Assembly: GCA_951406725.2 (NCBI GenBank)
Contig: OX597830.1
Location: forward strand, 16,864,001 to 16,928,000
From: Octopus vulgaris
Taxonomy: Eukaryota
Length of the DNA: 64,000 nucleotides
Direction of reading: 5' to 3'
Each line of letters begins with the position of its first letter. Position 1 is the stretch's first letter. The translations under genes were made by a program, and so were the position numbers. A model generated the notes under the pieces. That model made no database searches and was not told where the DNA came from. It was given only the letters and a program-made list of their open reading frames with translations. Shown piece by piece: positions 52,250-64,000 of this stretch.

Positions 52250-53047
52250 TGTGTGCCCTGAGAGAAATGTTGGACATAAGAAGCATCGGATGTGGTGTGC
52301 AAGAGAGACGTTTGCGCTGGTATGGTCATGTACTACGGATGGATGAGGAGAGATGTGTGAAGAAGCGCCACTCCCAAACAGTTGAAGGAATCTGGGGTAG
52401 AGGCAGACTCAGGAAAACATGGGATGAGGTGGTCAAGGATGACCTTCAAACGTTGGGCCTCACAGAGGCAATGACAAAAGACCGAGACCTCTGAAGATAT
52501 GCTGTGACTACAAAGACCCGACAAATAAAGTGAGTTCATGGCTGTATCCTACATCAGCTTCCCAGCCCCAGCCCCAGCCCATTCAAAGTACCTTGGATCG
52601 CAGGACGGGCTGTGGTGCTTACCTTGGATCGTGGGGCAACCTGCTGTGCTTGAAGAGACCTATTGAGTCAAGTACATCAACATCAAAATAAAAATCAAAT
52701 GGAATTGTAGTTGTGATACCCATGTCAGTGGCACGTAAAAAGCACCATCTAAATGTGGCCGATGCCAATGCTGCCTTGACTGGCTTCCGTGCCGGTGGCA
52801 CATAAAAACACCAACCAATTGTGGCCGTTGTCAGCCTCCTCTAGCCCCTGTGCTGGTGGCACGTAAAAAGCACCCACTACACTCACGGAGTGGTTGGCGT
52901 TAGGAAGGGCATCCAGCTGTAGAAACACTGCCAGATCAGACTGGAGCCTGGTGCAGCTTCCTGGCTTCCCAGACCCTGGTTGAACTGTCCAATCCATGCT
53001 AGCATGGAAAACGGACGCTAAACGATGATGATGATGATGATAATGAT
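52250..53047 (+). mobile_element. 5'-truncated RTE-clade LINE (ORF C-terminus, repetitive 3' UTR and (GAT)n tail)
   Basis: RRLRWYGHVLRMDEERCVKK...GRGRLRKTWDEVVKDDL is a typical RTE C-terminus. The same 3' end recurs at 17024-17545, 23440-23897, 39697-39887, 41085-41375, 44360-44722, 47020-47317, 48460-49083, 53985-54495 and many shorter copies. Confidence 0.88.
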
Positions 53048-53121
53048 GTACTTCAGTTGTATTATATAAAATATGGATATTAGTTTTCTGTTCTAAAGTT
53101 TCTTCTTTTTTCCTTGACCAG

Positions 53122-53267
53122 CGGTCAGAGTCTACACGACTGGGCTGTAGAACCAGAGAAGAAAGCAAATGATGCTGACCAAAAAGAGGCTGAAGATGAC
53201 GAGAAAGAAGATGCAGATGATCCTGAAGCTTTAGCAAAAGCACGAGCTTGGGATGATTGGAAAGATG
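53122..53267 (+). CDS. IGBP1: IGBP1 exon 9
   Basis: TTGACCAG acceptor, GTCAGT donor; GQSLHDWAVEPEKKANDADQKEAEDDEKEDADDPEALAKARAWDDWKD, with the hallmark ARxWDDWKD motif. Confidence 0.95.
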
Positions 53268-55017
53268 GTCAGTGGTTTTTATTGATTTGTACATTTGATT
53301 AATTGCTTAATTAGGTAAATTGATTAATTACTTAATTAGATAAATGAATAGTGGGGAAAGTAGAAGGCCAGACTAAATAATGTTCCTAACTTCCTCCGCT
53401 TGGGAAAATAAGTGATCTTTAATTCCTTTACCAGCTTCAGTCAATGAACTGTGGCCATGCTGGGGCAATGCCTTAAATGTCTTAGCTGAGCATATCGAGC
53501 TGAGAACTTGTTTCAGTTCATTACATGTTTGTTTGTTGTTTTTATTTTCATTCCACCCATTTGTTGAACTGCTAAGTTACAAAACAAATGGTCACAGCAT
53601 GAACATTGCTAATTTTTAGACTTTTTGGATGTCAGTGTATATAAGAGTTTTACATGTGGGTATACAAAAGGTATATAAGACATTTTAGATGTGGGTGTAT
53701 ATATGACTTTTTAGATGTGGGTATATAAAAAATTGGTTTAGATGTGGGTATCTATCTTTTATCTTTTACTTGTTTCAGTCGTGAGACTGCGACCATGCTG
53801 GGGCACCACCTTGAAGAATTTTTTGTTCAATGTACTTCTTTCTTTGTTTTTTAAGCGTAGTACTTATTTTGTCAGTCTCTTTTGCCAAACTGCTAAGTTA
53901 TGGGTACGTAAACACACCAACACCAGTTGTCAAGTGGTGGTGGTGGTGGTGGTGGTGGGGCAACGTACACACACACACATGTGCATCAAAGACCCGACAA
54001 ATAATGTGAGTTCATGGCTGCTTCCCGCACCAGTTTTGCATAGCCCCAGCCCATCCTTCAAAGTACCTTGGATTGCAGAACGACCTGCTGTGCTTACCTT
54101 GGATCGTAGGTTGACCTGCTGTGCTTGAGGAGACCTATTGAGTCAAGTACATCGACATGAAAATAAATATCAAATGGAATTTGTAGTCGTGATACCTGTG
54201 CCAATGGCACGTAAAAAAGCACCATCCGAACATGTCCGATGCCAGCGCCGCCTTGACTGGCTTCTGTGCCAGTGGCACGTAAAAAGCACCAAACGATCGT
54301 GACCGCTGCCAGCCTCCCCTGGCATGTAAAAAGCACCCACTACATTCATGGAGTGGTTGGTGTTAGGAAGGGCATCCAGCTGTAGAAACACTGCCAGATC
54401 AGACTGGAGCCTAGTGCAGCCTCCAGGCTTCCCAGACCCCGGTCGAACTGTCCAACCCGTGCTCGCACGGAAAATGGACATTAGACGATGATGATGGGTT
54501 CAATTTACTAAATTCACTCACAAGGCTTTGGTCAGTCCAAGGCTATAGTAGAAGATACTCGCCACAGGTACCACACTGTGGGATTGAACCCAAAACAATG
54601 TCTGGGAAGGAAACACACAACCACCACACCTGCATCTATGTAAGAGTTTTTTAGATGTGGGTATATAGAAGACTTTTGAGAATATCATGAGTGTATATAT
54701 ATACGTGTGTGTGTGTGTTTGTGTTTATCCTCCCCCCATTGGTGTGTTTACTTCCTCGTACCTTAGTGGTTCAACAAAAGTAACCATTCAAGACAGTCAT
54801 CCAGCATGGCCACAATCAAATGACTGAAACAAGTAATAGAATAAAAGAATATATATATAGGATGGCTGTGTGGTAAATAGCTTGTTTACCAACCACATGG
54901 TTCCGGGTTCAGTCCCACTGCGTGGCATCTTGGGCAAGTGTCTTCTACTATAGCCCCGGGCCGACTAATGCCTTGTGAGTGGATTTGGTAGATGGAAACT
55001 GAAAGAAGCCTGTCGTA

Positions 55018-55062
<45 letters not shown>

Positions 55063-55617
55063 TTGTGTGTCTGTGTGTTTACGTCCCCGTCACTTAGCGG
55101 TTCGGCAAAAAGAGACTGATAGAATAAGTACTGGGCTTACAAAGAATAAGTCCTGGGGTCGATTTGCTCGACTAAAGTGCTCCAGTCAAATGACTGAAAC
55201 AAGTAAAAGAGAGTAAAAGAGAATAGATAGGTATAAAGTATCCAGGCAGGTACTGTTCAAGCACTCAGCTATAATCTGGGTTCTGGCCAACCACACCGAG
55301 TTGTAAGGAGCACTTAGGATTATTTAAGGTGAGGAATCCCACTGTAATTCATCCAATGAGTAAATCCTGGATTTTACCAAGTGCATATCCAAGTGTGTGT
55401 ATATACATGTGTGTGTGTGTGTGTATATATGTATATAAATATATCTGTTTTTAAATGACCCGCTTCGAGAATTGTTTCGGTATGATGTGTTTATTTATTT
55501 TAGTAGTTTTTACTTTAAGAGTCCCTCCTAGCGTGAGGCATCTATGTGTAACAGTGCCCTCTATAAAATATAAATAAATAAATAGTAACAGTGCCCTAAA
55601 TATAATAAATATAAATA

Positions 55618-55706
<89 letters not shown>

Positions 55707-55990
55707 CAAGATAAGAAAATGGAGGAGGGTTGCATTTACAACCCCTATCTCAATTTGTATATATATATATATACGGTGGGGTTCTTTCAGTTTCCGCCTA
55801 CCAAATCCATTTGCAAGTGTTTGGTTGGCCCAGGTCTATAGTAGGAGGCATTTACCCAATTTGTAATGCTGCAAGACTGAATCTGAAACCTTGTGGTTGG
55901 GAAGCAGGCTTCTTAGCACACAGCCACACCTGTGCCTATATGATATGATGTCTTATTATCATCATCATTATTATTATTATTATTATTATT

Positions 55991-56216
55991 ATTCTATGTT
56001 TGACTTTTGCTTTACATTTGCACAAGTTGGCTCCAAGTTTCACCCAGAGACCTCAAGAGACAACTTGTTGGAAGTTCATTTTGGTGTTATACCTAGGGTG
56101 CCATATATTTGGTTTTGTACTTAGTATTATACTAGTGAATGTCTAAAAAAACCATACGAAAATTATGTTTGTTTTAAAACTTGAGATTACATAGAATTAT
56201 TATTATTATCATTATT

Positions 56217-56257
<41 letters not shown>

Positions 56258-56482
56258 TATTATTATTATTATTATTATTCTATGTTTGACTTTTGCTTTA
56301 CATTTGCACAAGCTGGCTCCAAGTCTCACCCAGAGACCTCAAGAGACAACAAGTTGGAAGCTCGTGTTGGTGTTATGCCTAGGGTGCCATACATTTGGTT
56401 TTGTACTTAGTATTATACTAGTGAATGTCTAAAAAACCATACGAAAATTATGTTTGTTTTAAAACTTGAGATTACATAGAAT
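55991..56482. repeat. Two tandem ~207 bp units (55991-56197, 56277-56482) embedded in (ATT/ATC)n tracts
   Basis: Near-identical units separated and flanked by trinucleotide microsatellite. Confidence 0.9.
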
Positions 56483-57635
56483 TATTATTATTATTATTAT
56501 TATTGTTATTATTATTATGTGTATGTTAGTATACTGAACAGATGTGCTGTCTTCTCTCCTTGCTTTTCACATCACTGTTGCAGTGCATCAGACCTAATTT
56601 GTCACATGACCCCCTCCCCCCTCCACTCAACTTCTTCTCAAATCTTCCTCCCCAAAATGTCAGCACTTTGAATTCTCTCCCTCCTTGCAGCCGTCAATTT
56701 ATAACTATTCAAGAGGAATATTAAACTGTATCAATCTCACTAGTATCAGAAGGCCCGAAAAGGCCAAGGTCACAGCTTCTTCTTCCTTCAGATCAGAACA
56801 GTAAAAAAAACCAAAAGGTAAATCATTCAGGTGCAGTGATGGTTTGGCAGAATTGTTAGAGCAATGGGCAAAACACCTTATGATATTTAGTTCTAGTCCT
56901 TTATGTTCTGAGTTCAAATCCCACCAATGTCAACTTTGTCTTTTCTCTTTCCAAGATTGATTAAAATAGAGTACAAATGAGTACTGGGTCAGTTTATATT
57001 CATATATATATATATATGTGAAGGTGCATGGCTCAGTGGTTAGAGCGTCAAACTTACGATCGTGAGGTTGTGAGTTCAAATCCCAGGCCAGGCTGCATGT
57101 TGTGTTCTTGAGCAAGACACTTTATTTCACGCTGCTCCAGTTCACTCAGCTGTAGGAATGAGTTGCGATGTCAGGGTCAGTTTATATTCATATATATATA
57201 TATATAGATAGATGTGAAGGTGCATGGCTCAGTGTTTAGAGTGTCGAACTTACGATCGTGAGGTTGCGAGCTCGAATCCCGGACCGGGCTGCGTGTTGTA
57301 TTCTTGAGCAAGACACTTTATTTCATGTTGCTCCAGTTCACTCAGCTGTAGAAATGAGTTGCGACGTCACAGGTGCCAAGCTGCATCAGCCTTTGCCTTT
57401 CCCTTGGATAACACTGGTGGCGTGGAGATATGCATGGGCGACTGCTGGTCTTCTGTAAACAACCTTGCCTGGACTTGTGCCTCAGAGGGGAACTTTCTAG
57501 GTGCAATCCTATGGTTATTTATGACTGAAGCTGGTCTTTACCCATTTATACATATATATTTATATATATCTATATACTGTTATGTCTGGGGACACACTCA
57601 CCGATAAAATTTCCACATATGTCGTTTTTATTTTT

Positions 57636-57672
57636 CTAAAATTTTCGTTGCGTCTTGCAACCTTTTCAATAG
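57636..57672 (-). ncRNA. Minimal hammerhead-like motif, U3-A8 variant
   Basis: CUA-UUGAAAA-G-GUUGC AAGAC GCAAC-GAAA-AU-UU-UAG within a TA-flanked element (~57575-57760); stem I is only 3 bp. Confidence 0.55.
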
Positions 57673-59639
57673 TTGTTGACTCTCAAAACTATTAAAACAA
57701 CAGAATATGCTTCAACACTCGAACTCGCATAAAGAATCTTGCAAACCAAATCCCAAAACGATATATATATATATATACACACGCACACGCACACACACAC
57801 ATATATATATCACGTGACCACGTGACCGACCAGACCATCAGACGTTGTTACACATCGCTGGTCACAATGCGTTCACATTGTTTTAGCCTTCAAATGACGC
57901 CACCCCGCTGGCTAAGCGAGCAGGCCAACAGAATAAAGAGTGGGAGAAAGTTGTGGCGAAAGAGTACAGCAGGGATCACCACCCCCTGCTGGAGCCTCGT
58001 GGGGCTTTTAGGTGTTTTCGCTCAATAAACACTCACAACACGGTCTGGGAATCGAAACCGCGATCCTACGACCGCGAGTCCGCTGCCCTAACCACTGGGC
58101 CATTGCGCCTCCACATATATATATATTAGGTTTCAAATTTTGGTACAAGGCAAGCAAGTTCAAAGGAGGGGGTAAATCAATTATATTGACCTCTATGCTC
58201 AACTGGCTCTTATTTTATCAACCCTCCCTGTAGTACGAAAGGCAAAGTCGACCCTCAACAGAATTTGAACTCAGAACGTAAGGACAGACGATATGCTGCT
58301 AAGCATTTTGCCTGGCATGCTAACGATTCTGCCAGCTTGTCACCTTACATTTACATACATATATATTAGAAAGAAAGAACAAACAGGTAAAACAGGTAGT
58401 ATCAATTTGGAGCATGGAATTTATAATCCAAGCGTAATTGCAGAGTTCTTAGAGTAAATAAGGGATTAAGAAATTGCGCATAAGAGACTTTATTCACAAT
58501 TTCTTAATCCATTATTTACGCTGCAATTACGTTTGAATTAGGAATTTGTTGTTCTAGAGTGACACCTCGTATTTTACCTGTTTGTTCTTTCTTTCTAATG
58601 TATACCTACCTGCTCAATGATGAACCCAGCTGCAACACCACTCTTGTTTCAGTCGCAGTTCAGGTCGGAGTTTTGGTGGTAAACCAACCTGAGCACTTAT
58701 TGTATATGCCTATAACATTACATCATTACATGCAGTTTTACGTGTACAATGTGTGTGTGTTTATATATATGTGAGTATATATGTATATATATTATATATA
58801 TATATATGTATATATACATAATGTATACGTATATATATTACATGTGTGTGTGTGTATTATATGTATTTATATATTATATATATGTGTGTGTGTTTTATAT
58901 ATATATTATATATTTATATATACACTGATGGCATGTAAAAAGCACCCACTACACTCACGGAGTGGTTGGCGTTAGGAAGGGCATCAAGAGCTGTAGAAAC
59001 ATTGCCAGATATATAGCCTGGTGCAGCCTTCTGGCTGTGTATATATATATATTAATATATATTTATATATATACTGATATTCTTACCTCTGGTACTTTTA
59101 CTAAGTGTAAAATGGAAGAGATAGAGATTGATTGCTTGGTAGGTGTTAGCTAATCACTGTCTCTTAATGGACTGATATCCTTTCTCTCCAGTTAGCAAAC
59201 TTTGTCGAATTAAATGCCTTGCTTGGAAACACTTGCTCATGATGTAAAGTTTGCCCACATGATGTCACATGTAAGTCATCATCATCCGTTTTCCATGTTG
59301 GCATGAGTTAGACAGTTTGATAGAAGCTAGCAAAGCCAAGCGTTGCACCAGATTCCATAGTCTGTTTTGGCAGGGTTTCTACAGCTGGATGCCCTTCATA
59401 ATGCCAGCCATTTTACAGAGTGTACTGGGTGCATTTTACCTGACACCATCACCAGCGCTTTTTATGTGGTAGATTGTTATTAATATTAGTAAAGAAAGTT
59501 AGTCTGCGAAAACTAATTATGGTCCTGTGTCCACAGAAAATGTGAAAAATATAAATATTATTTTATGTGTTTTAATTAATGTATTTTAATAATATCCTCT
59601 TTAATTGTTTTTTATTTTGTTTTTTTTTACAAATATCAG

Positions 59640-59680
59640 ATATTCGTCGTGGCGATGGAAACAGAAATAACATGGGATGA
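59640..59680 (+). CDS. IGBP1: IGBP1 exon 10 (terminal)
   Basis: Polypyrimidine tract and ATCAG acceptor; (D)IRRGDGNRNNMG* matches the conserved RGxGNRxNMG C-terminus; spliced CDS 1041 nt = 346 aa; AATAAA at 59955 and 59993. Confidence 0.95.
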
Positions 59681-61449
59681 TATGAACTTTATACACTGAT
59701 CCAACAAATTGTAACTCCACAGAAATGAAAAGAAAACTGAATTTGAAATCTTTTAAATGTGCTGGTTTTGTAAATCAACTCTAATAATAACAATGATAAT
59801 AATAATAATAATAATAATTAGTTTCACAAAATAATTTACTAAATTATTTTATTGAAATACCCCCCACTGCCATTCCTTTTCCTTTTTTTTCTTCCTTTTC
59901 CCTGAGTAAATCAATTACTCACAAGACTTTATTTTGTATTAATGTTTTATCTGAAATAAAAACTGCATACAGAACATTTTGATTATGTATAAAATAAAAT
60001 ATTTCTTTTGATTTTATTGTAATTGGTGTCATCATCATCATCATCATGATTGTCATGATCATCATCATCATTATTTTACATCCCATTTGCCCAATGTTTC
60101 TTAGCATTCTTCACACCATCTGGCAATATAGAAAACCAACCAACTTTGTTGTTGCGCTTGTTTTACGATGTGTACTGGCTACGTTTCGATTAATTAGCCG
60201 CTCGTATATTTGGAATCACCATCGCAAATAACCCCAAGAACAGGTTTAACTTGCAAAATAGAAGGGTTTTTTTTTATATATATATCTTATTTTTATTATT
60301 ATTATTCTTTGGCCAGTTTTATATATAAGTATAGTAAAGAAAGATATTAAAACACAGACAACTTGAAATACAGATTTTATTGCTGAAAAAACAAGTTAGA
60401 AATATGTCTCTGATTTCAGGCATAAGATAAAATCTTTGTGTATGTGTGTGTGAGTGTGTGTATACATCTTAACATGTATATTATTATATACCAGTTTGTG
60501 CTATTGCATTAACCAAGGTCAGAGCCAATATTGGTTACACACACACACATATGTACACAGATAAATACAAATATTTATATGTATATATATATACACACAC
60601 AAACACACATACATATATATATATAAAACATATGTACATACTTATATACACATATATATATGACACATTTATACTCATATACATATATATTTTAAACAAT
60701 ATAGTATGATGAATCCAAAATGTTGATATTGGAGTGCAAACCAGTTCTGAAGTTAACAGTCAGACAAGATATTTGCGTATTAAATAGCATTCATTCAAAT
60801 TTCCAGTCCTCCTGTCTTGAATGATTCTTGAATTTCATTTCTTCCTGGTTAGTCAGGCTAAGTATACCTTCCAAGGACCATTGTTCTCATAAATGGGGCA
60901 ACCTGCAAAAAAAGATAATGTTTCACAAGTTAGACTGGCTCGACAAAACTGCAGTTGTATCAGCGTAAAGATACTAAAGATGGCCGTGTTGCAATTTGGT
61001 GACATTGTGTGTCTCGATGGCCCTGAGAGCTATGCCAGAGGAGAGCAAGTTCCTGGTAAGGCTTTCACATGTTGGACAGGTCAAAGGATAGAGGCCAAAC
61101 TAGTATGTTGGTTGCACAGACACATATATGTACACACACACATATATTTCATACGGCATAAAACGAAAATGACTCTCCCCAGAAAGGGGGGGGGGGTTTT
61201 CCAAGGTCTGGGGTCTCCTGCCCCATAACCCTAGACCATCACCTAATCACCCTTACCCATCTTGTTGCTTAACAACAACAACTGGTACTGATTTTATCGA
61301 CCCCGAAAGGATGAAAGGCAAAGTTGACCTCAGCGGAATCTGAACTCAAAACGTAGCGGCAGACAAAATACTGCTAAGCATTTCACCCGGTGTGCTAATG
61401 ATTCTGCTAGCTCATCACTTTAATAATTTGTTATTTTTGAGCTTTCTGA

Positions 61450-61765
61450 TAAAAAATAACCAGGAGAATTCATCTACGAAGCAATTGCCTCAGCTCCCCT
61501 TCAGGGTTGGCGAAAGCGATGTGGTGGACAATGAAAAACCTGGCTGATGACAGTCAAGGCTGATCTGGAACCCAACCTAGGCCCCCATATCTACGGCGTT
61601 CACTGCTGGAATAAGGAGTGGTCGGAGAACACGTGGTCGTTAGCCTCAAATCGCCAGGCCTGGTCGGCGTTTGTGAGAGATGCAGCATTGAGGATGAATG
61701 AAGCCAGCTCAACCCACCCCGGGTGAATGCTGTCAAGTCACTTTAATAATAATAATAATAATAAT
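61450..61765 (+). mobile_element. RTE LINE 3' fragment
   Basis: Decayed GWRKRCGGQ*KTWLMTVKADLEP...LASNRQAWSAFVRDA, followed by (TAA)n. Confidence 0.7.
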
Positions 61766-62442
61766 AGTAATCATCATCATCATCATCATCATCATCACCA
61801 CCAACCTCCTCCTCTGCTTCCTTTAACATTCGTTTTTCATGGGTTGGATGGTTTGATCAGAGCTGGTAAGCAGGAGAGCTGCACCAAGTCCCAATCTAAT
61901 TTGGCATTGGTTTCTATGACCAATGCCCTTCGTAATATCAACCACTTTACAGAGTGAGCCAGGTGCTTTTCATGTGACTCCAGCATGGGCGCTTTTTCTA
62001 TGTGGCACCAGCACTGAGCTCTTGCAGGCCAATCTTCTTCAGCAGGGGGAGCGGCATTAACACTTCTGCTGTGGAGGACAGGCCTTCTTGTGTATAGCAA
62101 GGCGACCAGATATCTTGGTCCTTTGTCATCTCCTCCAAAAGGTTCGGTGACCTGAGGGTGTTCTAATTCAAGACCAAATGTCCTTGGAAGGGAATTTCTA
62201 TCCATCACCTACTTTTCGTAATAGAATTACACAATATCAAGGTAAATGGAGACCCCTTTAACACATGACAGCATGAGAAAATAAATACTGATTTCAAAAT
62301 TTGGCACAAGGCCAGCAATTTCTGGGAGTTGAGGTTTTAGTCAATTACATCAACCCCCATGCTGAACTGGTACTTATTTTATCAACTCTAAAATGATGAA
62401 GGACAATGGTGATGATGGTGGTGGTGGTGGTGGCAATGGTGA

Positions 62443-62475
<33 letters not shown>

Positions 62476-63336
62476 CAATGGTGATAATGATGATGATGAT
62501 TTTTACTTTTGACAATATTTGTATAATAGTGTCTCAAGAAGAACTTACCTCATTTATATCTCCAAGAGCATCTGTTACCATTTTCTCTATGTTTCTCATG
62601 ATGGCAATCTTCTGAGAAGCTGCCAATGGATATGTGACTGTTTGCTGACATGAATTCTACAAAACAATTCAAAGAATTTTATAATACATTTTTAAAAAAT
62701 ATTTAACACGTTCACTGCCACAGAAACGTTAGTACGCCGCGCGAAATGCTTAGCGGTATTTCGTCTGCCAGTACATTCTGTATTCAAATTCCGCCGAGGT
62801 CAACTTTGCCTTTCGGGGTCAATAAATTAAGTACCAGTTACACACTGGGGTCAAATGTAATCAACTTAATCCCTTTGTCTGTCCTTGTTTGTCCTCTCTG
62901 TGTTTAGCCCCTTGTGGGTAGTAAAGAAATAGGCATTTGGTCTGCTGGTACATTCTGTGTTCAAATTCCGCTGAAGTCGACTTTGCCTTTCATCCTTTCG
63001 GGGTCGATTAAATAAGTACCAGTTACGCACTGGGGTCGATATAATCAACTTAATCCGTTTGTCTCCCCTCTATGTTTAGCCCCTTGTGGGTAGTAAAGAA
63101 ATAAGAAACTGAAGAAACTTGTGTGTTTGTTTCCTACTACAGCCGGACCATAAGTTTTGGTTTGTTTACATCCTAGTAACTTAGCAGTGTGGCAAAAGAT
63201 ACTGACAGAACAAATATCAGACTTTGTAACATATAACATATAGCTGACTGATGCTTGAATTATCAACCACCAGAAAACTACCCAAAATGAAGTAGTTTTT
63301 AGTTTCATGAATTCCTTATAACTACAAGCGATTAGT

Positions 63337-63672
63337 GAAGGCGCATGGCTCAGTGGTTAGAGCATAGAGCTTACAATCGTGAGGTTGTGAGTTCGATTCC
63401 CAGACCGGGCTGTGTGTTGTGTTCTTGAGCAAGACACTTTATTTCACGTTGCTCCAGTTAACTCAGCTGTAGAAATGAGTTGTGATGTCATGGGTGCCAA
63501 GCTGTATCGGCCCCTTTGCCTTTCCCTTGGATAACAATGGTGGCGTGGAGAGGGGAGGCTGGTATGCATGGGCGACTGCTGGCCTTCCACAAACAATCTT
63601 GCCCTGACTTGTGCCTGGAAAGGTAACTTTCAAGGTGCAATCCCATGGTCAGTCATGACCGAAGGGGGTCTC
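63337..63672 (+). mobile_element. tRNA-derived SINE family D (CORE-like middle)
   Basis: TGGCTCAGTGGTTAGAGC...GAGTTCGATTCCC head and TTCTTGAGCAAGACACTTTA core. Copies at 19213-19545(-), 57018-57175, 57215-57545; same head with a different tail at 35623-35955. Confidence 0.82.
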
Positions 63673-64000
63673 CTCCTACAAGTGATTATTATTGTAAATA
63701 AGTTTCATTCATTTGTTTGGTTTTACGTCCATTTTTCAATGCTGGCATGGGTTACATAAAACTTGTCAAGACGGATTTTCTACAACTGGTCGTTCTTCTC
63801 ACCAATCCTTTTATGTGTAATAAGATTTTTTTTTTCATTTCACTGGCTATTTTACTTAGTGGAGATTGCAAAAAAGTTTCTGTTTTCATTCAGTGTTAAA
63901 GAGGAAACCATGTAATAACACTCATAAACCCATGCTCTCACATGTTTCTCTCATACTCTCATATATATCTTTTATCTTTTACTTGTTTAACTCATTAAAC

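Noticed and set aside
60704-60750. ATGATGA-TCCAA...TTGGA hammerhead-like remnant
   Set aside because: Too degenerate to call.

Overview
AT-rich, microsatellite- and SINE-dense animal genomic DNA; the repeat families and composition suggest an octopus (coleoid cephalopod), which is an inference. Two spliced genes were reconstructed by hand with GT-AG introns and consistent phases. FMC1 (mitochondrial complex V assembly factor, 3 exons, 107 aa) lies on the minus strand at 18976-28513. IGBP1/alpha4/TAP42 (10 exons, 346 aa) lies on the plus strand at 28591-59680. They are head-to-head with only 77 bp between start codons. The rest is mostly mobile DNA: several tRNA-derived SINE families (one as a 7x184 bp tandem array), RTE and CR1 LINE remnants, two decayed mariners, two non-autonomous Helitrons and MITEs with 8-bp TSDs. 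The most unusual signal is a set of mutually dissimilar fold-back elements, mostly in or beside (TA)n tracts, that carry minimal type-I hammerhead-ribozyme folds with palindromic stem III, as described for Penelope-like elements. Their cores include the canonical C3-G8 pair, the compensatory G3-C8 and U3-A8 swaps, and U4C and A6U variants. Ribozyme activity is predicted from sequence only. Nearly all ORFs in the supplied track are microsatellite or repeat artefacts.
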